64,000 nt of DNA, taken from Chlamydiales bacterium. Lineage in GTDB: Bacteria; Chlamydiota; Chlamydiia; Chlamydiales; JAAKFR01. The notes under the pieces are model-generated. The model had not been told where the DNA came from, did no database searches, and was given only the letters and a program-made list of their open reading frames with translations. Shown one piece after another: positions 1-6,945 of this stretch. The stretch spans positions 231,331-295,330 of the forward strand of contig JACKPM010000003.1 in assembly GCA_024233495.1 (NCBI GenBank). Direction: 5' to 3'. The number at the start of each line of letters is the position of its first letter. The stretch's first letter is position 1. The position numbers were made by a program, and so were the translations under genes.

Positions 1-250
1 TCATGCGATTGAGGTGTGCATAAATGAGATTGATTCCAGGGACCGTGCCCCAGTGCCCGAGGAGGCGGTCTTTGATGTGCTCAGGCTTGAGTGGGTCAGA
101 AAGGAGAAAGTTCTCCTTCAGATAAAGTTGTGCTCCTGCGAGGTAGTTTGCTAAACGCCATTGCTTTTCAATCTGTTCGAGCTCAGCTCGATGCTCTTGA
201 CGGCACTGCGAGATGCTCGCCTCTTTTTCGTGGCTTGTCTTGGTTTCCAT
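1..250 (-). CDS. xfp: Phosphoketolase (xylulose-5-P/fructose-6-P), N-terminal 83 codons only; gene continues past the left edge
   Basis: Absent from the ORF track because no stop lies in the window. The reverse strand from ATG (complement of 248-250) reads [83 protein letters not shown]... This matches the conserved phosphoketolase N-terminal block (ANYL.A.Q.YL..N.LL...L...[21 protein letters not shown]). The + strand ORF 91-315 is its antisense shadow. Confidence 0.8.
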   Translation of the reverse strand, partial: METKTSHEKEASISQCRQEHRAELEQIEKQWRLANYLAGAQLYLKENFLLSDPLKPEHIKDRLLGHWGTVPGINLIYAHLNRM

Positions 251-295
251 ATCTTTATAATAAAATATTTAACATATATATTGTACCCGCTTTCA

Positions 296-324
296 TTGTC
301 TTTTTCCTTAAATAGAGGTATAAT
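296..324 (+). promoter_or_regulatory. Candidate sigma-70-type promoter of the AGCS transporter gene
   Basis: TTGTCT (296-301), a 17-nt spacer, then TATAAT (319-324). The -10 box ends only 9 nt before ATG 334, so the mRNA would be (near-)leaderless. Pattern match only. Confidence 0.3.
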
Positions 325-333
325 GGGAACCTT

Positions 334-1653
334 ATGCTAGCTCTATTCAATCAGTTTCTCACCTGCTATACGCTCTTCCCTGCCCTTGTGGCACTTGGGG
401 TCTACCTTACCTTTCGTCTTCGCTTCTTGCAGATTGGAAAAGTAAAGATGGGTTTCAAGTACCTTTTCCAAAAAGAGAAGGGGGCTGAGGGGAATATGCC
501 TCGCTATCAAGCGATTGCAAGCGTACTTGCAGGAAACTTTGGTACGGGCAACATTTCAGGGATGGCGGTTGCCCTCATGATGGGGGGCTCAGGCGCTCTT
601 GTCTGGATGTGGATCATGGCCTTTTTTGGATCTATCATCCAGTATTCTAGCTGCTTACTTGCAATGAAATACCGTGAGCAAAATGAGCAGGGTGAGTTTG
701 TAGGCGGACCTATGTACTACATCTCTAATGGATTAGGGATGAAAAGATTGGGTCGTCTCTTTGCCTTCTTAGTGATTTTAGGTGCGATCGCTGTTGGGGT
801 CTTTTGCCAGATTAATAGCATGAGCATCTCATTTGTCACACTGGGGATTGCTCCTTGGGTGACAGGTGTAGTGGTTGCAGCTGGAGTGGGTATTGTTCTT
901 TTAGGGGGGGCACAGCGTGTGGCGAAGGTAGCAGCTGCAGTGATTCCCTTTGTAGCGGTCTTCTACATGGGAAGCGCTATCTATATCTTGGGTCACTACT
1001 GGAGTGCGATCCTTCCGGCATTTGGGATGATGTTTAAGAATGCATTTGCCTTCCATTCAATTTTGGGGGGAGCTGCAGGCTTTGGAATGATGCAGGTAGT
1101 GACGACAGGGATTGGGCGTGCTCTTTTTGCAACAGATGTGGGAACCGGCTATGTGCCTATTTTGCAGGCGGGAGCAAAGAGTCGCCATTATGTTGTAGAT
1201 GGCGCTGTAGCTCTTGTTGCTCCTCTGCTTGTTATGATTGTCTGCACAATCACAAGCTTGGTTCTTATTGTCACAGGTGCGGACCAGGCAGTGGGACTTA
1301 AAAGCACTGCGATTGTGGTGCATGCTTTCCAAATCGGTGTGGGTAGAGTGCTTGGAAGCGCAGTTGTGAACACAGCTCTCTTGCTTTTTGGTTATACGAC
1401 AATTTTGGCATGGGCGTGCTGCTTTGAGCGTGCTGTTGGTTTCTTGGTGGGGTGTCGGTGGACCAAGCCGCTAAGACTCTTTTTCATCGGTCTGATTCCA
1501 TTGAGTGCTTTCTTCACAGTGAATTTTGTATGGGCTTTCGCTGATATTGCGCTCGCTCTCATGACCCTTGTCAATTTGATTGGTATTTTTGGCCTCTCCA
1601 GGGAAGTAGTGCGAGAGAGCCGTGACTATTTTCTTCCGCAACAAGCGGGATAG
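334..1653 (+). CDS. Alanine/glycine:cation symporter (AGCS family)
   Basis: 439-aa polytopic membrane ORF. It carries the family-typical blocks AGNFGTGNISGMAVALMMGGSGALVWMWIMAFFG and GRALFATDVGTGYVPILQAGAKS. Confidence 0.9.
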   Translation: MLALFNQFLTCYTLFPALVALGVYLTFRLRFLQIGKVKMGFKYLFQKEKGAEGNMPRYQAIASVLAGNFGTGNISGMAVALMMGGSGALVWMWIMAFFGSIIQYSSCLLAMKYREQNEQGEFVGGPMYYISNGLGMKRLGRLFAFLVILGAIAVGVFCQINSMSISFVTLGIAPWVTGVVVAAGVGIVLLGGAQRVAKVAAAVIPFVAVFYMGSAIYILGHYWSAILPAFGMMFKNAFAFHSILGGAAGFGMMQVVTTGIGRALFATDVGTGYVPILQAGAKSRHYVVDGAVALVAPLLVMIVCTITSLVLIVTGADQAVGLKSTAIVVHAFQIGVGRVLGSAVVNTALLLFGYTTILAWACCFERAVGFLVGCRWTKPLRLFFIGLIPLSAFFTVNFVWAFADIALALMTLVNLIGIFGLSREVVRESRDYFLPQQAG

Positions 1654-1674
1654 TGCTCTGCCTATTTAGGGAAA

Positions 1675-1836
1675 TATAGTCAAATCGGTTGAAAATTTTA
1701 CAAATTCATGGCAGATGGCAAAGCCAAAGTAAGCGCAAAGTTCGGCTTAGACCATTGATGGTCTATGAGAACGAGCGCAATCTTTGGTGAAACCAAATGG
1801 TATGAATTTGTAAAATTTTCAACCGATTTGATTATA
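1675..1836. mobile_element. 162-bp MITE-like element, copy 1 (inverted relative to copies 2 and 3)
   Basis: It has 35-nt terminal inverted repeats, tatagtcaaatcggttgaaaattttacaaattcat and atgaatttgtaaaattttcaaccgatttgattata, with 1 mismatch. The interior is the reverse complement of the interiors at 20650-20811 and 47986-52. The ends TAGTC...GA(C/T)TA are flanked by TA on both sides. No ORF. Confidence 0.8.
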
Positions 1837-1850
1837 GAGTAGATGGACTT

Positions 1851-1876
1851 CAAATTTTCAACCGATTTGACTATAA
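1851..1876. repeat. Solo terminal-repeat fragment of the MITE
   Basis: The sequence caaattttcaaccgatttgactata repeats the right-end TIR 14 bp after copy 1, with no matching left end. Confidence 0.7.
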
Positions 1877-2012
1877 CTTCTGAAAGTGAGCAAGCACCAG
1901 TGCGACCTCATACGTGAAAAGATGTGGGAAAAAAATAATCCCAATGCAATAAAATATTTTCTTTAATTTAGATTCCTCCTATACTGCTAAGTGTTGGACA
2001 AGGAGGTCAGCG

Positions 2013-3341
2013 ATGTCAGGCGAAATATGTAGCTCCACGAGTGGAGATCCAAGTGCTTTTCAATTACAAAGTGCTGTTGAAAATAGTAGCAGTCCTCTTG
2101 TATCGCTTCCCCCAGAGCTTTTAAGTAAAATTTTTAGAATGCTCAGTTTTGCTGATTCTGTAGCTTTTGGCTGTGTCTGTAACAAGCTTCGCCAAGTTGC
2201 GCAAACAGACATTTTAAGGACAGATGAGCAGAAGTTCATGTATGCAGTGCTAGTGCAAAGAGAGGCTGTCAATCTAGTCAGAACGAGAATATCGTCTCCA
2301 AGCTTTGAAGTCCGCTACTTCCCCAGCCATGTCGTGATATTACATTCAGGTAGGGTTGCCGTACGGAATCTTGACACAGGAGAGCTTCACAAGGTTTCTC
2401 TGCCATTTACCCCAGAAAGACTTTTGCGCGATGACGATAGGACGCTCAAAATAATGGGGGGAGAGGGGGTTGTTTGCCTTGATGTAGAGAGGTTAGCTTG
2501 CTCTGAGCTATACCGAGATGATGTTTCTGTCTACCAATTCAAAGAATATAGAGTTCTGGTTCGAGACCTGATGATAGAAGTAGGCAATCATATTTTCCCA
2601 AAAGGAGAACATCTGCAAATCAAAAGAATCGATATTCAAGGAAAAAAAATGATGATTGTATGGGACAATCTAACGCTTCAGCGATTTGATCTCACTAGTG
2701 GAGAAGTAGAGCTTTGGCACTTAGAGCCAGAAGTTCACGAAGAAGTTCTTACTGGAACAGGTGCGTGTCTTCTTGATGGGAATGGAAGCGTCACTTTAAT
2801 TAAGAAGAATAGAGAGTTAGTGAATCTGCGAGGCCATCTCTCCCTTCAGGAGGGCGCTTCTGATCTAGCGTACAATAATAAGTTTTTTCTCCTATTTTCT
2901 CCTCCGCCACTTAAAATCATGTATTTCTGCAGTTTGGAAACAGGCAAGGTTGTTTATTACCTAGACATTCCCGAAGGTGTGCAAAAGATGCAGTTGATGG
3001 GCAACCGCCTTCTGTTCTACAGAAGTGATTGTACGCTAACAATTTTCGACTACGAACAAGATCAAGTGCTTTTCGATGACACTGTTGTTCTTTGTAGTGC
3101 ATCGGTTGGAGTAGATGATATGATACAAAATGGTGTCGGAAATATATTGGCATTGAGAACAGCCTCAAGTGTTTTGTTAATAAATCTTGAGACTGGGCTG
3201 AGGCTTAGAGAAATTCCCATTACCCCAAACTCAAACGGTGATCTCTATTTTGATGGTACAAAGTTACGCCTATGTGATATTGCGGCATCACCTTTAGAAG
3301 GCTTTTGGTTAAATACAACTACATACGAATTTTCTTCATGA
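2013..3341 (+). CDS. F-box domain protein (eukaryote-like), tandem paralog 1
   Basis: 442-aa ORF preceded by the SD box acaaggaggtca. Residues ~32-65, LPPELLSKIFRMLSFADSVAFGCVCNKLRQVAQ (nt ~2106-2210), fit the F-box pattern LP.E[LI]...IF..L...D......VC. The remaining ~370 aa have no recognisable motif but are colinear with the next gene. Confidence 0.8.
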   Translation: MSGEICSSTSGDPSAFQLQSAVENSSSPLVSLPPELLSKIFRMLSFADSVAFGCVCNKLRQVAQTDILRTDEQKFMYAVLVQREAVNLVRTRISSPSFEVRYFPSHVVILHSGRVAVRNLDTGELHKVSLPFTPERLLRDDDRTLKIMGGEGVVCLDVERLACSELYRDDVSVYQFKEYRVLVRDLMIEVGNHIFPKGEHLQIKRIDIQGKKMMIVWDNLTLQRFDLTSGEVELWHLEPEVHEEVLTGTGACLLDGNGSVTLIKKNRELVNLRGHLSLQEGASDLAYNNKFFLLFSPPPLKIMYFCSLETGKVVYYLDIPEGVQKMQLMGNRLLFYRSDCTLTIFDYEQDQVLFDDTVVLCSASVGVDDMIQNGVGNILALRTASSVLLINLETGLRLREIPITPNSNGDLYFDGTKLRLCDIAASPLEGFWLNTTTYEFSS

Positions 3342-3355
3342 CAAGGAGGTCAAGT

Positions 3356-4654
3356 ATGGCTATCACTCTCGATACCCATCCAAAATACAGCGCTCGGCTG
3401 TTACAAGAGTTTCCAGAGGAGCTCATGTTGCAAATCTTCAAGAATCTAAAGCTTGAGGATTTGGTTGCTGTTAGCGAAGTGTGTAGAAATTGGTGCAAAA
3501 TCTCCAAGGATCGTAATTTGTGGACGCCCTACTTTCGCATTGTGCGCGCCATTTTGCGCGGAGATGGAAATTCACGTACCCTCTCATTAAAGGTAGGAGC
3601 AGGGATCTACGACGCGCGCTATTTCCCCAACGATATAGTGATTTTGCAAAAAGGCAATCTTTTTGTTCGAAATTTCGATACAGGGTTGAAGACTAAAATA
3701 AATCTCCCATTCAAAGAAGCTGAATTGCATCGCTTCGATGACTCCAAAGTTGTCGTGGAGGGGAAAGGTGAGATTCTTTGCTACGATGTAGAGACAAGAG
3801 AGTGTGTGCAGCGTATTGAAACGCCAAGCCGCCCCTACACATTTGGCGAATACACTGTCATCGTCAGCGATGTAGAAATTAAAGTGGGCCCGCATATTTT
3901 CCAACGGCCCGAAGATTGCACGCTCTACCGAATCAATTTGGCGGGGAAGACGTTGATGATTGTATGGAGCAATGGGACGATTGATCTCTTTGATGTGGAC
4001 GCTGGCATGCGTAAAGCGTCTGTTGAGGTAAAAGGGATTGATGCAGTCTCCTTAACCCCCACAGGAGAGTGCCTCTTTCAGCATCATGGCCGGACAGGTT
4101 TGATCAAGAGAGATGGCTCGGTTCTCGAAACAAGAGGAGTTTTATCTCTCCCACCCGGAGTCTTTGCCCCTGTGTATAATGAAACGCTCTTCATTCGCTA
4201 CCCCTACCCATTTATGCGCGTGCTTTTTCTCTGCAGTTTGGAAACAGGAGAGGTTGAATACTGCATTGATTTGCCAGGATTAGTGGAGTACGCCACATTG
4301 ATCAGAAATCGACTTTTCATCTATAACAGCAACCTTGAACTTTCGATCATTGATTATGAGAACGGTCGCACCCTTTTTTGCGAGAGGATGGAGATCGACC
4401 ATGACGATAGCGTGGGGGTTGATGGTATGATGGCAAACAGCTATGAGAACATTTTGGCACTCAAAACAACAACTGGGATTGAATTGATCGACCTCACGAA
4501 TGGAAAAAGGCTGAGGCAGATCGATGTAGGAGGACGTTTTTCCGACATCTATTTTGTCGATGGGAAACTGCGAGAGTGTTTTGTTGAGGAGGCAGAAGAT
4601 GGTGGTGTTTGTCTGAAAACAACGACACGAGATTTTCTTTGCGATGAGACATAG
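3356..4654 (+). CDS. F-box domain protein (eukaryote-like), tandem paralog 2
   Basis: I moved the start from the track's 3305 to ATG 3356, which has the same SD box (acaaggaggtcaagtATG) and avoids overlapping the upstream gene. FPEELMLQIFKNLKLEDLVAVSEVCRNWCKISKDRNLW (nt ~3410-3525) is an F-box including the VC..W signature. It shares blocks with paralog 1: RYFP..V.IL..G...VRN.DTG....LPF, LMIVW.N.T, F.CSLETG.V.Y..D.P and ILAL.T. Confidence 0.8.
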   Translation: MAITLDTHPKYSARLLQEFPEELMLQIFKNLKLEDLVAVSEVCRNWCKISKDRNLWTPYFRIVRAILRGDGNSRTLSLKVGAGIYDARYFPNDIVILQKGNLFVRNFDTGLKTKINLPFKEAELHRFDDSKVVVEGKGEILCYDVETRECVQRIETPSRPYTFGEYTVIVSDVEIKVGPHIFQRPEDCTLYRINLAGKTLMIVWSNGTIDLFDVDAGMRKASVEVKGIDAVSLTPTGECLFQHHGRTGLIKRDGSVLETRGVLSLPPGVFAPVYNETLFIRYPYPFMRVLFLCSLETGEVEYCIDLPGLVEYATLIRNRLFIYNSNLELSIIDYENGRTLFCERMEIDHDDSVGVDGMMANSYENILALKTTTGIELIDLTNGKRLRQIDVGGRFSDIYFVDGKLRECFVEEAEDGGVCLKTTTRDFLCDET

Positions 4655-4673
4655 AAATATGTAGCATGGCAGC

Positions 4674-5126
4674 ATGAAACTTTCGAGCTCCGCATTTCAA
4701 CACGAGAGAAGTATTCCGCGCATTTATACATGTCAAGGGAAGGATATCAATCCTCCCCTTGACATTTCAGGTGTTCCAGAAAACGCCGTGAGTTTAGTGC
4801 TCATCATGGATGATCCTGATGTTCCAAAAACTCTGCGTCCCGATGGCATGTTTGACCACTGGGTTGTTTTTAATATCGACCCCACCTTGACACACATTGA
4901 AGAAGATGCACAGCCCTTTGCTATTTTTGGACAAAATACGTATGGCGAAAATTGCTATAAGGGGCCGTGCCCACCTGATCGCGAGCACCGCTACTTTTTC
5001 AAGCTCTATGCCCTTGATACAAACCTTAGTCTGAAGAAAGGTGCAACGAAAAAAGAAGTGGAAACAAAGATGGAAGGGCACATACTCGCGCAAACAGAAC
5101 TCATGGGCCGGTATGTTAAATCTTAG
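4674..5126 (+). CDS. PEBP / YbhB-YbcL family (Raf-kinase-inhibitor-like) protein
   Basis: 150 aa. Family blocks present: IPRIYTCQGKDINPPL, LIMDDPDVP, FDHWVVFNI and YKGPCPPDREHRYFFKLYALD. Confidence 0.85.
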   Translation: MKLSSSAFQHERSIPRIYTCQGKDINPPLDISGVPENAVSLVLIMDDPDVPKTLRPDGMFDHWVVFNIDPTLTHIEEDAQPFAIFGQNTYGENCYKGPCPPDREHRYFFKLYALDTNLSLKKGATKKEVETKMEGHILAQTELMGRYVKS

Positions 5127-5134
5127 GGAGCAGT

Positions 5135-5589
5135 CTAGATGGTGTCGTCAAATTTTCTCCTTTGTGAGGCGAGAGATTTTCTAGGCAAAATGCGCCTTCG
5201 CAACCTCGGAAGTAGCGCTTTGGCTACTCCCTTCGCTTTCGATTGCGCATTTTGCCTAGATGGTGTCGTCAAATTTTCTCCTTTGTCAGCCGGATCTTTT
5301 CTGCCAAAATGCGCCTTCGCAACCTCGGAAGTAGCGCTTTGGCTACTCCCTTCGCTTTCGATTGCGCATTTTGCCTAGATGGTGTCGTCAAATTTTCTCC
5401 TTTGTCAGCCGGATCTTTTCTGCCAAAATGCGCCTTCGCAACCTCGGAAGTAGCGCTTTGGCTACTCCCTTCGCTTTCGATTGCGCATTTTGCCTAGAAA
5501 ATCTCTCGCCTCACAAAGGAGAAAATTTGACGACACCATCTAGAAAATCTCTCGCCTCACAAAGGAGAAAATTTGACGACACCATCTAG
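5135..5589. repeat. Modular repeat locus A: 3 tandem ~119-bp units closed by two inverted 50-nt end modules
   Basis: Units lie at 5135-5255 (121 bp variant), 5256-5374 and 5375-5493 (both 119 bp). Each unit is a 31-nt head ctagatggtgtcgtcaaattttctcctttgt, an 18-19-nt linker, and a 70-nt imperfect hairpin closed by caaaatgcgc/gcgcattttg. The sequence ctagaaaatctctcgcctcacaaaggagaaaatttgacgacaccatctag follows at 5494-5543 and 5540-5589. It is the exact reverse complement of 5135-5184. The locus lies between two convergent gene ends. Confidence 0.9.
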
Positions 5590-6209
5590 AGTTTTTTGCG
5601 GTTGTTCCAGTAGATTTCGCCGTAGTCATAGGTAAGCTCGGTGCCGGCGGCAATCTCTTCAATAGCTCGAAAGCCGATGCGAAAGACGCCATCGTGAAAA
5701 AAACTAAGCGATTCAACGTTGGGGGTGTCGCTATGGTTGATAAAGCGGGTGTAGTTTCCCTGATCCTCACTGTCGATAGTGAATGCTTTAGTAGTGCGCC
5801 ACTCGCGCGGATATTGAAAGCAGTAGTCGTTCACATTGCGGAAAATGAGGTTGCGGCGGCGCAAAAGCCCCACATACTCACCCACATATTGCCACTTTTT
5901 CAGCTTTTGATTGGTGAAAAGACCGTACCCAATGCGCTCGTCAATCCACTTGATGGTGACGTCGATGCCCGCTCCCTCTTCCATACTCTTGCCATGCAGC
6001 TTGCCAAGCCAAATCGCAAGAGATTCGATATTCCCTTTTCTATGTGCCTGGGCACACTTTTTACGGATATAGCTCTCCGTGCGCCAATCATTAAATTCGA
6101 GTGCGTCGAGGTAGCGGATATTGAACACACGCTCAAAGTCAGCACGTGTATAGGGGCAGGGCCCTTTGCCGTGATCGACGCTAAAAATGTGTGGGTTCGC
6201 TGTTGACAT
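5586..6209 (-). CDS. SET-domain protein-lysine methyltransferase (chlamydial NUE-like)
   Basis: 207 aa with the SET signatures RFINHSDTPN (NHS motif) and GTELTYDYG. The stop codon (complement of 5586-5588) lies inside the terminal CTAG of repeat locus A. Confidence 0.85.
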   Translation of the reverse strand: MSTANPHIFSVDHGKGPCPYTRADFERVFNIRYLDALEFNDWRTESYIRKKCAQAHRKGNIESLAIWLGKLHGKSMEEGAGIDVTIKWIDERIGYGLFTNQKLKKWQYVGEYVGLLRRRNLIFRNVNDYCFQYPREWRTTKAFTIDSEDQGNYTRFINHSDTPNVESLSFFHDGVFRIGFRAIEEIAAGTELTYDYGEIYWNNRKKL

Positions 6210-6945
6210 CTTGATGAGCTATAGAGATTTTGATTTTGTCCCCAATTCTTTTGTGTACAGTCTCAAGTGCTCGCTCGGGTGTATTACACTCTTGTGAGAG
6301 GTGAGCTAAATAGATGTGTTTGAGCTCATCGTGCACGATTTCTGAGAGAAGCTCAGCACACGCTTCATTTGAGAGGTGGCCACTACGCGAAAGAACACGC
6401 TGCTTGTATACCATGGGGCGGCTGCATGCATGCACCATATGCGGCTCGTGGTTCGCCTCTACATAGAGGTAGTCGCAGTTTTTGAGTTGGCTTTTCACAA
6501 GCGTAGAGGGAAAGCCGAGATCTGTACAAAATCCCATCTTGAGATCTTCTGTCTCAATTGTGAAGGCAACAGGATCGGGAGTGTCGTGCTGAATACTGAA
6601 AGGGTGAATGGTAAGGTCTTTAAAGTGAAATGTCTCACCTGTTGTGAAGATATGAAACTTGGGGCACTCTCGTAGCTGTGCATAAATCCCTTTGGCTGTT
6701 TCAGCATTGGCAAGGATTGGGATGTTGTGCTTGAGAGCAAGCATTTTAAGCCCAGCTGTATGATCCGTGTGGTCATGCGTGATCAAAATCGCTTCAATCT
6801 CTTCAATCTCTAGTTCGATCTCTTCAAGACGCCTTTTTGTGGCCCGGCCACTCAATCCAGCATCGATGAGGATTTTGGTCTCTTCTGAGCCAAAGTAGAT
6901 GGAGTTTCCCTTTGAGCCCGAGGCGAGTGGGCAGAATCCTTTCAC
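6181..6945 (-). CDS. MBL-fold metallo-hydrolase (YycJ/WalJ-like)
   Basis: 254 aa with the HxHxDH motif in ILITHDHTDHTAG. There is a 4-nt ATGA-type overlap with ftsK upstream. Confidence 0.85.
   Translation of the reverse strand: MKGFCPLASGSKGNSIYFGSEETKILIDAGLSGRATKRRLEEIELEIEEIEAILITHDHTDHTAGLKMLALKHNIPILANAETAKGIYAQLRECPKFHIFTTGETFHFKDLTIHPFSIQHDTPDPVAFTIETEDLKMGFCTDLGFPSTLVKSQLKNCDYLYVEANHEPHMVHACSRPMVYKQRVLSRSGHLSNEACAELLSEIVHDELKHIYLAHLSQECNTPERALETVHKRIGDKIKISIAHQDVNSEPTHF

Noticed and set aside
91-315. 74-aa + strand ORF at the left edge.
   Set aside because: It is antisense to the phosphoketolase N-terminus (1-250, minus strand), which carries a strong family signature.
3305-3355. 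Upstream start codons proposed by the ORF track: 3305, 35771, 36960, 41220, 41796, 43210, 51723 and 51708.
   Set aside because: In each case the extension overlaps the neighbouring gene or lacks an SD. A downstream ATG with an SD and/or family-typical N-terminus exists at 3356, 35849, 37014, 41262, 41697, 43180, 51660 and 51726. The choices remain unverified.
5139-5589. Three overlapping ORFs (79, 84 and 75 aa) with near-identical translations (MRILPRWCRQIFSFVSRIFSAKMRLRNLGSSALATPFAFDCAFCL...). The same 'protein' appears again at 21016-21353 and 29569-29757.
   Set aside because: They are read-through of the 119-bp tandem repeat. Since 119 is not a multiple of 3, the same DNA is read in rotating frames. 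They appear wherever the repeat occurs, and they have no SD and no independent sequence. I treat them as non-coding repeat.
5135-5589. CRISPR-array interpretation of the regularly spaced repeats at 5135, 20910 and 29635.
   Set aside because: There are no unique spacers. Whole 119-bp units, including the inter-head part, are identical within and between loci. The period is far longer than CRISPR repeat-spacer units, and no cas genes or leader lie in the window.
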